Program-made: the position numbers and the translations under genes | In this document: piece by piece, positions 1 to 12,165 of the stretch | How the letters are laid out: the number at the start of each line of letters is the position of its first letter | Numbering within the stretch: the stretch's first letter is position 1 | DNA from: Octopus vulgaris | Taxonomy: Eukaryota | Assembly: GCA_951406725.2 (NCBI GenBank) | Contig: OX597819.1 | Span: 75,702,001 to 75,766,000 of the forward strand | Reading direction: 5' to 3' | Length of the DNA: 64,000 nt | The notes under the pieces: model-generated | What the model was told of the DNA's origin: nothing | Databases searched by the model: none | The model's input: only the letters and a program-made list of their open reading frames with translations

Positions 1-40
1 AAAAAAAAAAAAAAAACCTTTTTTTATTTTTTATTTTTAG

Positions 41-187
41 ACATTCATTAGTACAACATCCCCACCCCCCAAATATATGGCACACTAGGCATAACAACAA
101 CATGAACTTCCAACCCTGTTGTCTCTTGAGGTCTCTGGGTGAGACTTGGAGCCAACTTGTACAAATATAAAGCAAAAGTCAAACATA

Positions 188-188
<1 letters not shown>
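41..188 (+). mobile_element. Probable 3' UTR remnant of an R4/Dong-type non-LTR retrotransposon running into (TAA)n
   Basis: GAGGTCTCTGGGTGAGACTTGGA resembles R4/Dong 3' UTR stem motifs as I recall them; directly followed by a (TAA)n tract from ~189. No coding part visible. Confidence 0.35.
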
Positions 189-223
<35 letters not shown>

Positions 224-569
224 TATTAATAATAACAATAATAATTATTATTATTATCATTATTATGCTACTCGGTATTTGTGCTGAAACTAGTGTAATT
301 ATTATTCCTATCGAATAATGAACAAGTGGTCTACAATAAAATCCTTTTGGTACCTCCTGTATAAAAGTTTTTTTCAGCTTCTCATATTTGCTTCTACTTT
401 GTTTTGAGCACCTTCAAGATAATCCTGGCTGAACTTATGGGCGACAAATAACTACATATTTAGGACGTTGCTTACATTTAATATGCCTGCATGCATGTTC
501 TTAGGTGGTTGCATACGTTTGTACTGGGCGGTTTATGTATTTCATTATTTTGTTAATGTTACCGTTCAT

Positions 570-615
570 GGCTTGAATACATACAGGAACCTGGGTTCCT
601 GTATGTATTCAAGCC
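570..615. repeat. Perfect 22-bp inverted repeat with 2-nt spacer
   Basis: GGCTTGAATACATACAGGAACC-TG-GGTTCCTGTATGTATTCAAGCC. Confidence 0.95.
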
Positions 616-808
616 TTCCATAAATTATTAAGTGCTTTCTTTGAAAGGAATTCCCTAGCATTGTAGTTGGTTGATTTATGATTTCTTTACAAGTAACTTT
701 AGCTTCTTTGAAAAAACACTTTATTTTTCACGCATTTATTACTATTCAAATACTTTTTAGACATTCTTGCATTCATTTCATTGATTACCTTCGTAAGAAA
801 TGGCACCC

Positions 809-857
809 ATATACATATACATACATACATACATACATACATACATACATACATACA

Positions 858-927
<70 letters not shown>
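809..927. repeat. Compound (CATA)n/(TA)n microsatellite, representative of dozens of similar tracts in the window
   Basis: Direct reading; explains the YIHT/YIYI pseudo-ORFs. Confidence 0.98.
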
Positions 928-928
<1 letters not shown>

Positions 929-1147
929 GTGTATGTGTGTGTACGAATGTATGTGTGTGAATATATTAGGTCGTCAAGTATGAAATTTGTAGTAAGGTAT
1001 ATGGTAAACTGGTGCTCCAAATCAGACATGCAATCTATGTGGGTGTCTTTTCAGAACATTGGTTTAAAAAGCCACAAAAGACGCTATGATGGTGCTAAGG
1101 TGTAGGTACAGGAGGTGGTCAACCCGTGTATAAGGAGTAGACAACCA

Positions 1148-1607
<460 letters not shown>

Positions 1608-1706
1608 CATATATATATATACACATATATATATATATATATGAATATATATATGTATATGTATATATATACACACACATATTTACATACACTCACTAAT
1701 CACCCA

Positions 1707-1803
<97 letters not shown>

Positions 1804-2523
1804 GTCAGTGAAAACAAAACTGTTCAGAGCTTTCTGAAAAGCAATTGAATAATACCTGAATAATAATAACCAAAACGCGGATGGAACTATATCGGAAGTG
1901 ACAACATTAGAAGTAACTCAATCTTGAAATAAATATTCCCGCGGCTCCGTGTATTTCTTCATACCTGTTCTACAATCTGTTTCATGATTTGTTTTATCAT
2001 ACGTTATTTATACTTATAAATATATATAAGTTCGATATCTGTGACACCGACATTTTCTGGCAACTTGTGGCTGACTCTAGAAAATACAGAAATCATTCAT
2101 GTAAAGAATATATAAAGAAAACTTATCTGCGCAGTAGACATTTCTAGAAAAAGAAATATGTCTATTTTTCTCTTCTTTCGATCCATCTACATTGTTTATG
2201 CTGCAAGCATGCAACGTCGCGTGAGTTATGCTTTGTTTCAACGAAACAACCAATGACACAAGAACAATGTTAACAAGGAAAACTATAATAATACACAGCG
2301 TAAAAACAAAAAGAGAAAGAATAGCATAAATAATGATAGTTAAGCAGCAATGGAAAAAAATATATACATCTAACATTTGCTGCAGAAGCAATAACAAAGA
2401 ATTACAGTAAATTAGATACAACAAATGCATTTATGCATGTATTGCATACTCCGAATTACAAAAATAGAATATAATTCTAATGTGTTCATCACAGTTTCGT
2501 GACTAGAAATGGCAGATTAAAAC

Positions 2524-2587
<64 letters not shown>

Positions 2588-2765
2588 AACATACACACAC
2601 ACACACACACATACACACTCACATATATATATATAATATATATACGTGTGTGTGTGTGGATCTGTGTATTATGTATGTATCCATGTTTTTATGTAAATGT
2701 GATGTATGCAAATATATGTACGTAAAATATATTTGTATACAAACACCCATATATACCCATATATG

Positions 2766-2803
<38 letters not shown>

Positions 2804-2930
2804 CACACACAAAAACACAAACACACACACATTTATACATAGGCTTATGTATATGTATGTATACGTACATAATTACATATATGTATATGCACACATTCAT
2901 ACAAAGAGAAACGTGTTTGAAAACGCACAC

Positions 2931-2961
<31 letters not shown>

Positions 2962-3226
2962 CGTATATATGTATTTATATATATATATATATATATATAT
3001 GTATACATGCATACGAAAACGCACACATATATATGTATATGTATATATATATGTATATATGTATTTATATATATATATGTATACATGCATACATATATAT
3101 TTGAGTGTCTGTATATATATATACATATATGAATGCATATATATATATACACATATTTTCACACATAAACACGGATTATATACAAACATAAATGCATGCA
3201 TAAACACACATCAATTTATATATGTA

Positions 3227-3279
<53 letters not shown>

Positions 3280-3296
3280 GTAGACATGTGTATCTC

Positions 3297-3394
3297 TTCA
3301 ATATTGTTGCAATGCGCATGCTTCCGTTTGGCATATATATATATATACATATATTTATGCCAAATGTAAGCATGCGCATTGCAACAATGTTGAA
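3297..3394. repeat. ~39-bp imperfect inverted repeat with TA-rich spacer (MITE/foldback-like)
   Basis: TTCAATATTGTTGCAATGCGCATGCTTCCGTTTGGCATA ... TATGCCAAATGTAAGCATGCGCATTGCAACAATGTTGAA. Confidence 0.9.
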
Positions 3395-3570
3395 ACACCT
3401 CTAAGCAATGAAAAAATTTATGTGAAGTAAATAGATATATTTTCTATTAAGAATGTAAATCTTTCCTCCATTAGCTAACATCAAAATATGCCCAAAGTGA
3501 AGTGTTTCCACGTGTTTTCGTTTCTTGAAATTTATATATATATATGTACATATATACATACATGCATACA

Positions 3571-3703
<133 letters not shown>

Positions 3704-3861
3704 GTATAGATACGTATATGTATATAGATCTTCACCCCTTGAAGGTGTGTGTACACACGTGTCTACATCCATAAATGCTCATGCTTATATACGTATGCAT
3801 CTATATGTTGTCTCTATCACTCTCTCTTTATTTATTTCTTCCTCTCTCCTTTATTTCTCCC

Positions 3862-3904
<43 letters not shown>

Positions 3905-3908
3905 CTCG

Positions 3909-4040
3909 TGACTGTGGTAAGTGTAAGAAGTTTGGTCCCAAACGACATGGTTCCGGCACCTTGGGCAAGTGTCTTCTGGTACTGTCATGAGCCGACCAAG
4001 GACTTGTGAGTGTATTTGGTAGCTAGAAGCTCGTTATGTG
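3909..4040 (+). mobile_element. Degenerate 5' half of SINE family A
   Basis: CATGGTTCCGGCACCTTGGGCAAGTGTCTTCT matches the reverse complement of the head of the 4048-4458 copy. Confidence 0.7.
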
Positions 4041-4047
4041 AACATAT

Positions 4048-4456
4048 ACTCTTTACTCTTTTACTCTTTTACTTGTTTCAGTCATTTGACTGCGGCCATG
4101 CTGGAGTACCGCCTGTAGTCGAGCAAATCGACCCCGGGACTTATTCTTTGTAAGCCCAGTACTTATTCCATCGGTCTCTTTTGCCGAACCGCTAAGTGAC
4201 GGGGACGTAAACACACCAGTATCGGTTGTCAAGCAATGCTAGGGGGACAAACAGAGACAAACATATACACACACATAAGTATGTATATATACATATATAC
4301 GACAGGCTTCTTTCAGTTTCCGTCTACCAAATCCATTCACAAGGCGTTGGTCGGTCCGAGGCTATAGCAGAAGACAGCCAAGATGCCTCGCAGTGGGACT
4401 GAACCCGGAACCATGTGGTTAGTTAGCAAGCTACTTACCACACAGCCACACCTGCG

Positions 4457-4458
<2 letters not shown>
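4048..4458 (-). mobile_element. Full-length tRNA-derived SINE, family A, with internal TA/TG microsatellite and (GTAAAAGA)n tail
   Basis: Minus head GGCGCAGGTGTGGCTGTGTGGTAAG (A box) ... GGTTCAGTCCC (B box); repeated at 4491, 11078, 23528, 55322. Confidence 0.9.
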
Positions 4459-4490
<32 letters not shown>

Positions 4491-4493
<3 letters not shown>

Positions 4494-4773
4494 ATTTGGT
4501 AGACGGAAACTAAAAGAAGCCTGTCGTATATATGTATATATATATGTGTGTATGTGTTTGTGTGTCTCTGTTAGTCCCCATAGCATTGTTTGACAACCGA
4601 TGCTGGTGTGTTTACGTCCCCGTCACTTAGCGGTTCGGCAAAAGAGACCGATAGAATAAGTACTGGGCTTACAAAGAATAAGTCCCGGGGTCGATTTGCT
4701 CGACTAAAGGTGGTGCTCCAGCATGGCCGCAGTCAAATGACTGAAACAAGTAAAAGAGTAAAAGAGTAAAAGA

Positions 4774-4774
<1 letters not shown>
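4491..4774 (+). mobile_element. 5'-truncated SINE family A, inverted relative to 4048-4458
   Basis: Near-identical reverse complement of 4048-4335; ends AAGTAAAAGAGTAAAAGAGTAAAAGAG. Confidence 0.9.
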
Positions 4775-4861
<87 letters not shown>

Positions 4862-5166
4862 ACTGATCTCTTCGTACGATATTAACAACAAAGATCACTG
4901 ACACATAAACAGTCAATAACACACACGCGCATACACACACAGTTACTATCACACGCATACACATACACATGCTATCACATACAAACACGCGCGCGCATAT
5001 ACAACCACACATATACAAAGATGTCAACCTTTCTTTACACTCTCCTGTCTTAGAAAGCACTTTTTCTTTGTTCATCTTCTGATCATTCCAACATGTAACT
5101 ACATGTGGATCGCTGGCGATTTTCCCCCTCCGTCTTCCTTTTCTCTTGGACTTTCCTCTCTCTCCT

Positions 5167-5201
5167 GTTTCTGAAGAAGAGTTTTGCTCGAAACGTAAAA
5201 C
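5167..5201 (+). ncRNA. Ultra-minimal hammerhead-like motif in a Penelope-like repeat remnant (~5030-5278)
   Basis: GTTT-CTGAAGA-AGAG-TTTTG-CTC-GAAA-CG-TA-AAAC: canonical CUGANGA, short stem II, ACGT palindrome as stem III, 4-bp stem I. Confidence 0.6.
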
Positions 5202-5299
5202 GCCCTTTCTTTCCTTCCCTCAGCGTCTTATTAATACTCCTTGTTGTCTTTTTCTCCGTTTTTTTTTTTATTAATTATGTGTGTGTGTGTGTGTGCATG

Positions 5300-5585
5300 T
5301 ACCCGAGTAAGCACATAAATGTGAAAGAAGGTGGGAAAAAATAGTACTCGAATACCGGAGGTAGAATAATATGCTTTTTTTAAAAAAATTAAAGCTGCAA
5401 AAGCATCACAAAGATATCACAAAAACTGTTCCCCAGAGTTCAGGCTCCCGTTCGTCGAGAAGTTGTAGTCAAGAATGGAATGGAATCCATTCTCGATCAC
5501 AACTGCCCGACGAACGGGAGCGTGAAACTCTGGGGAACAGTTTTTGTGATATCTTTGTGATGCTTTGCAGCCTTAATAATAAAGT
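5300..5585. mobile_element. Foldback element; ~180-bp palindrome (5394-5571) with a hammerhead-like core in each arm
   Basis: Arms GCTGCAAAAGCATCACAAAGATATCACAAAAACTGTTCCCCAGAG.. / ..CTCTGGGGAACAGTTTTTGTGATATCTTTGTGATGCTTTGCAGC; leader homologous to 10531-10600. Confidence 0.75.
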
Positions 5586-5591
5586 ATACAC

Positions 5592-5672
<81 letters not shown>

Positions 5673-5774
5673 TAAAAGGATATACGTGTTTGCGTGAATA
5701 TATATTGTTTTTCTCTTACAGAGTGATGAAGCCAAGCAACAAAACCAGGAAATATCAAAAGCAGCTAAATTAAT

Positions 5775-6384
5775 CATTTCTACTGTAGGCACAAGACCCG
5801 AAATTTTGGGAGAGGGGTCAGTCAATTTGATCTACCCCAATACGCAACTGATACTTAATATATCGACCCCGAAAGGCAAAGTCGACCTCGGTGGAATTTG
5901 AACTTAGAACGTAAAGACAGGCGAAATACCGATAGGCATTTCGCCCGGCGTGCTAACGTTTCTTATTTCCTTATTGTTCACAAGGGGCTAAACATAGAAA
6001 GGAAAAACAAGGACAGACAAAGGGATCAAGACGATTACATCGACCCCAGTGCGTAACTGGTACTTAATTTATCGACCCCGAAAGGATGAAAGGCAAAGTC
6101 GACCCCGGCCGAATTAGAACTCAGAACCTAACGGCAGAAGAAATACCTATTTCTTTACTACCCAGAAGGGGCTAAACACAGAGACGACAAACAAGGACAG
6201 ACAAACGGATTAAGTCGATTATATCGACCCCCAGTGCGAAACTGGTACTTAATTTATCGATCCTGAAATGATGAAAGGCAAAGTCGACCTCGGCGGAATT
6301 TGAACTCAGAACGTAACGGCAGACGAAATACGGCTACGTATTTCGGCCGGCGTGCTAACGTTTCTGCCAGCTCGCCGTCTTAAG
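5775..6384 (-). mobile_element. Composite of three units of SINE family C (Nin/Deu-like central domain) inside one 15-bp TSD
   Basis: Repeated ATCGACCCCGAAAGGATGAAAGGCAAAGTCGACCTCGGCGGAATTTGAACTCAGAAC; flanks AGCAGCTAAATTAAT (5760-5774) and AGCAGCTAAAATAAT (6385-6399). Confidence 0.85.
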
Positions 6385-6685
6385 AGCAGCTAAAATAATG
6401 AGGAATCAATTACGAAATTTGTGCTTGTAAAAATACTTTGCAGAAAGTGTTAAAATCACCGAAATTAATAGGTAATATGGAATTTAAATTTAACTTAAAG
6501 ACATTAAATGATACTGATGAAGTAATAAAAGAAATAAGTATCCCACAAATAGAAAGAAAAAGAAATATATACTTAAAGCGTTTGCAAAGGGCTCCTTAAA
6601 AGGGAATAACTTCAGGTTGAAAGTAATAATGATATTTAATGAAGGCCAAGACGAATAGACATTGAAAATAAAGGCAGGCAAGGGC

Positions 6686-6750
<65 letters not shown>

Positions 6751-6790
6751 GTACATATATATATATACATATATACATATATATATATAT

Positions 6791-6822
<32 letters not shown>

Positions 6823-6915
6823 GTATGCATATATGATGATAATAATAATAATAATGATAATAATAATAATAATAATATATATATATATAAATATATATAT
6901 GTATATATATATATT

Positions 6916-6946
<31 letters not shown>

Positions 6947-7414
6947 CAGGGAGAGAAAGGAAAGAGGAGAGCATGACCTTGTATTTACTCTATGTAGATA
7001 TACAATGTACAGTTTATATGTATTACCATAGCTATTAAAGTAATTTAATGCTTAAAGAAGGAAATCAATAAAATTATTCCCAAACACGGAATAAAATAGC
7101 GCTTATGAGTAAAAAAAATATTCGTCTGTTATTGAATTTGTGTATGATAAATGCGATAGTATAAGGAGTGTATACATCCTTGTTTGTCTGTGTAAATTTA
7201 CGAGAGTTGTGATGGCAATTTTTATAACATTTATCACATAAAGCAGTAAAGTAAATATCCAACTACAAATATATTATTAATGCAAAAATAGAAGAACGAG
7301 GTTTTATCCTAATGTTACGGTGTGTGTTCGATCATACCCTCTCACTAACGTAACATACTTCTCCTTCACATGTTCCTCCTTCTCTTCCCCCAAACATTTC
7401 TCATTCTCTTCCGC

Positions 7415-7478
<64 letters not shown>

Positions 7479-7526
7479 TAATAATGATGATGATAATAAT
7501 AATAATAATGATGATATATGATGATG

Positions 7527-7582
<56 letters not shown>

Positions 7583-7800
7583 TAAAAAAAAATATTCAGA
7601 CAAATACATAACAAAAACACCAGGACTTACAAACACATATAACATACAGAAAATTGCACTACTAGGCACTGCACACATCCTACGCAGAACACTTTCCATA
7701 CAATAACCATCAGAGCATCACAACAAATCACAGCACATACCCAAGGCACACAGAGCTGCACTCGGTAGTGAAGTGAAAGCACGCTATAAAAATAAAACTA

Positions 7801-7803
<3 letters not shown>
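7583..7803 (+). mobile_element. 5'-truncated R4/Dong-clade (RLE) non-LTR retrotransposon embedded in (TAA)n
   Basis: Encodes IQKIALLGTAHILRRTLSIQ* (typical R4/Dong C-terminus), then ~100-bp 3' UTR; (TAA)n on both sides. Confidence 0.8.
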
Positions 7804-7834
<31 letters not shown>

Positions 7835-7857
7835 TAATAATGATGATGATGATGATG

Positions 7858-7918
<61 letters not shown>

Positions 7919-7935
7919 TGATGATGATGATGATG

Positions 7936-7996
<61 letters not shown>

Positions 7997-8022
7997 TGGT
8001 GATGATGATGATGATGATGATG

Positions 8023-8076
<54 letters not shown>

Positions 8077-8269
8077 TTCCCACATTTATTTAGTGGTTTT
8101 GCTCACTGGGCTGTTGCAATGTATTCTATTTCTCTTATTGTTTTATATTTTCTTTGTTATTAATTTGCAGTACACGGAATATATATGTTCCATCCGATGC
8201 ATTTCCTCACTACAGTGCTTGAGCAAACCAACGAGGAAGTTTCTACATATTTGTTCGTCTGGGCTGTCT

Positions 8270-8412
8270 CTTTGAAATACAGGTACTACTCATTTTTGCT
8301 AGCTGAAAGGACTGGAGCAACGTGAAATAAGTTGTCTTCCTTAAGAAACACAATGAACTACGATCTTACGATCGGCTTCCAAATGCTCGAACGACTAAGC
8401 CACGTGCATTCA
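8270..8412 (-). mobile_element. Degenerate SINE family D (related to 46682-47016)
   Basis: ACTGGAGCAACGTGAAATAA is the reverse complement of TTATTTCACGTTGCTCCAGT at ~46787. Confidence 0.6.
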
Positions 8413-8574
8413 CTAGGCCTAAAGTCATGTATAGAAAAAATATGAGAATGATCTTACAATAGGTTTAACCACCACCACCACCACCACTACCACCACCACG
8501 ACCACCACAACGACCACTACCACAACAACCACCACCACCACAACAACCATCACTCACATATAATACTTCGAGTA

Positions 8575-8963
8575 AAAATGGAAGCACTCCGTCGGTTACG
8601 ACGATGAGGGTTCCGGTTGATCCGAATCAACGGAACAGCCTGCTCGTGAAATTAACGTGTAAGTGGCTGAGCACTCCACAGACACGTGTACCCTTAACGT
8701 AGTTCTCGGGGATATTCAGCGTGACACAGAGAGTGACAAGGCCGGCCCTTTGAAATACAGGTACAACAGAAACAGGAAGTAAGAGTGAGAGAAAGTTGTG
8801 GTGAAAGAGTACAGCAGGGATCACCACCATCCCCTGCCGGAGCCTCGTGGAGCTTTAGGTGTTTTCGCTCAATAAACACTCACAACGCCCGGTCTGGGAA
8901 TCGAAACCGCGATCCTATGACCGCGATTCCGCTGCCCTAACCACTGGGCCATTGCGCCTCCAC
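8575..8963 (-). mobile_element. Full-length tRNA-derived SINE, family B, with 13-bp TSD
   Basis: Minus head GGAGGCGCAATGGCCCAGTGGTTAGG..GGTTTCGATTCCC; TSD AATACTTCGAGTA at 8562-8574 and 8964-8976. Confidence 0.92.
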
Positions 8964-9172
8964 AATACTTCGAGTACTTCCTGGCAATCTATGGGTATAA
9001 AGCTATCCAATCATGGCATAGTAATCAGATAACTTCACACCCGTAGCCTGCTGATAAATTCGGAGTGCTGCATGTGTGTCTTCTAGGTTTTTCGAAATAT
9101 ATTAAACGTATTCTATTTAAATTACATTGAGGCCTACTTTACTTATTTCGCCACCACACACATGGTTAATCG

Positions 9173-9245
<73 letters not shown>

Positions 9246-9733
9246 GCATGTCACACACAGACACACACCAGACTCACTGACACGGATACACGCACGCAAA
9301 CTCACGCATATATCTATGCCACTGTTTTTTCTTCACAAAATTAGATTATTCAAACCACTATTTAATTTTTTGTGCAATATACGTAGAAAAAGCTTGTCAA
9401 TAACTTTTATAGATGTTTCATTTTTGTCCTATCTATTTTTCTTTCAATCATGTACAAAAAAGTATTTAATCCAAAACAGAACTTCCTTTACAATTCTGAT
9501 ACGAGCTCTCCAATATATTTGTCAGTGGATGTATATTTTCTATTGACTGACATCCTATGTTCAACTGAATGGCAATACTATTTAATCCGGACAGGTAAAG
9601 TCATCGTCAATAGAATACTTACAAATAATATGCAATACTTACAATACTTAAAATGTTTATGAAAGATATATATGATAACCAACGGCAAATCTACCTGGAT
9701 TCGTTTTGCAATGTCATTGTCAATCCATTAAGA

Positions 9734-9770
<37 letters not shown>

Positions 9771-9866
9771 TGCAAATATCTTTAATATCCTATATGCAAT
9801 ATATATGCATGTGTGTGTGTGTACTTACATGTACACAAATATGTGTATACATACATACATATACAT

Positions 9867-9924
<58 letters not shown>

Positions 9925-9990
9925 TCTTTTACTCTTTTACTTGTTTCAGTCATTTGACAGTGACCATGCTGGAGCACTATATATATATAT

Positions 9991-10437
9991 AAAATTTTTT
10001 CGTAACGAGATAAAAAAAACAAGGCTGTGTAGATTTTAGAACATTTATGAATAGAAAGTCTTACAACTGTTTCTAGGATACTTGTTATATCCCTTCATCG
10101 GAGACTGTGTGAGAAGATGGTTAAGCAATAATTAATTTAAATAGGATACGAAATAGAGAGTGAGGTGGAAGAATGAAAATAGATGTGAGATATGTAGGGA
10201 TATTGTATTTATAGATCCATTATTTAGGCAGAATGGTGTACGTATAAGATTTCAAGATCTTATGAGTAAAATCCAATAGTATTTAAAATTGGTCATTCCA
10301 AGTATAGAGTTTATACACAGTGTTATTGAACCAAGGGTTTTATTTAAAGTGATCTAAAAGCAGGGAATGTATTAGTAAGGTCAAATCAAAAACAGGAAGA
10401 GAGGAATAGAGAAAGAAAAAAAAGAGAAAAAAGAAAT
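9991..10437 (-). mobile_element. ~450-bp insert between (TA)n tracts carrying a hammerhead motif
   Basis: Bounded by (TA)n; contains the motif at 10057-10106. Confidence 0.55.
10057..10106 (-). ncRNA. Minimal type-I hammerhead ribozyme motif
   Basis: Minus strand: AGTCT-CCGATGA-AGGGATA-TAACAAG-TATCCTA-GAAA-CAGTTG-TA-AGACT; 5-bp stem I, stem II GGATA/TATCC, near-palindromic stem III, GUA triplet. Confidence 0.75.
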
Positions 10438-10469
10438 ATATATATATATATATACATATATACATATAC

Positions 10470-10530
<61 letters not shown>

Positions 10531-10533
<3 letters not shown>

Positions 10534-10737
10534 GGAGTAAGCACATGAATGTGAAACAAGTTGGAAAAAAAGAGTACTCATATACCAGAAGTAGAGTAAT
10601 ATGCTTTATTTAAAAGCAGCAGAAATATAACAAAAGCTGTTACTCAGAGTTACACGGAAGTTTTGTCCGCCGAACGGGAACGTGAAACTCTGAGTAACAG
10701 TTTTTTCTATATTTCTGCTGCTTTTAAATAAAGTATA
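10531..10737. mobile_element. Second copy of the foldback family (palindrome 10601-10736) with hammerhead-like core
   Basis: Leader GAGTAAGCACAT.AATGTGAAA..AGTACTC..ATACC..GTAGA.TAATATGCTTT shared with 5300; right arm TGT-CCGCCGA-ACG-GGAA-CGT-GAAA-CTCTGAG-TA-ACA. Confidence 0.75.
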
Positions 10738-11077
10738 TGAATATATAGGTAGATAGAGTCATATATCTTGAATAGCGTGTATGCATGTATATATTTGTGC
10801 AGACACACACATATTCACTTACATATATAACGCACACATCAGTGGTTGGCCATATTTGCATATGTGCTTACATTTTATGCCAATTCGCCAGGGAGTGGTG
10901 TGAGTTTAATTTTGTCTTTGCTTATATACTGTCTTATTAATAATTTTCGATATATTTAATATTGAGAAATGTATTAATTATTCATTAAGCAAGAACCAAA
11001 TGTCAGGTCGGAGGTCTGTAGATTCTGTCATCAATCTACACACACATGCACACGCACACATGCCCCGCCATATATAT

Positions 11078-11319
11078 CGTTATCTTTTATCTCTTACTTG
11101 TTTCAGTCACTTGACTGCGGCCATGCTGGGGTACCACCTTGAAATTTTAGTCGAATGTATCGACCCCAGTGCTTAATCTTTAAGGCCTAGTACATACTCT
11201 ATCATTGACTTGTGCCGAGCCGCTAAGTTACGGGGACATAAACACACTAGCACTGGTTGTCAAGCGGTGGTGGGGAACAAACAGACACGAAGGAACACAC
11301 ACACACACACACATATATA
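11078..11319 (-). mobile_element. 3' half of SINE family A, cut at its internal microsatellite by the adjacent DNA transposon
   Basis: TACTTGTTTCAGTCACTTGACTGCGGCCATGCTGG.. homologous to the 4048 copy. Confidence 0.8.
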
Positions 11320-12165
11320 CAGGGTGCGGCGAATAAACTGTCGTCTAGATTAGGGAAAAAATGAAAATAACACTGATATCTCATTTTAACAGATATAATT
11401 ACCGAAATTACATAGAAATATCTTGAAATACTAAAGAGTAAAATTATTCCATAAAATCACCATTGGCTTTAATCACGGCCTCCAGACGACTTCTGAATCT
11501 CCTACAACTCTTTTGGACAGTCTCCTCGTTTAAGTTGGTGAATTCTGCCATAATCCTTGCCTTCAGTTTATCTTTGGTGTTACAAGCAGTTTTGTTGGTC
11601 TCTCACTCAGCTGCGCCCCACACACAATAATCAAGGTAGTTGCAGTCTGGGGAGTTAGTTGACCAGATGTTAGGGGTCATATGGTCGCAGAAATTGTCTC
11701 ACAGCCATGACTGGATTCTCCTGCTTGTGTGGCATGGTGCAGAGTCCTGTTGCCAGACATAAGGTCTTCCAGCAGCAACCCTCATGATCCGGGGAAGCAA
11801 TACCTCCTCCAGGCATTGACGTAGGCCTCCGTGCTAAGTCTGAAGCCATGTGGGAAGATGAATGGAGGCAAACGCAGCCGTCACTAGTGATCACTCCAAA
11901 GACCATGATATTGACTGGATGTTTGATTTTTATCACTCTCAGTACATGTCCTCAGATTGTACTGTCTTCAGATTGATATCCAAACACTCTGAAATGTTCG
12001 TTTTGGAGCTTCCGGCGCGAATGCCAAGCAGTACAGCATGCCGTTTCCAAGTTTCTGGCAGAATGAACTGCGTCATAGTGCTGTCCTTCTCACAGACGGT
12101 GCAGTTACTGTGTAGAAAAAAATCTCTCTTATGACAAAAGTTGTAAATACACCATATGCACCCAG
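11320..12165 (-). mobile_element. Internally deleted Tc1/mariner-superfamily transposon, DD37D (maT) type, with pseudogenised transposase
   Basis: TA|CAGGGTG terminus; minus-strand translation MTQFILPETWKRHAVLLGIRAG.. then IMVFGVITSDG..YVWQQDSAPCH..W..NSPDCNYLDYCVW with 37 residues between the Ds; in-frame stops; right terminus uncertain. Confidence 0.8.
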
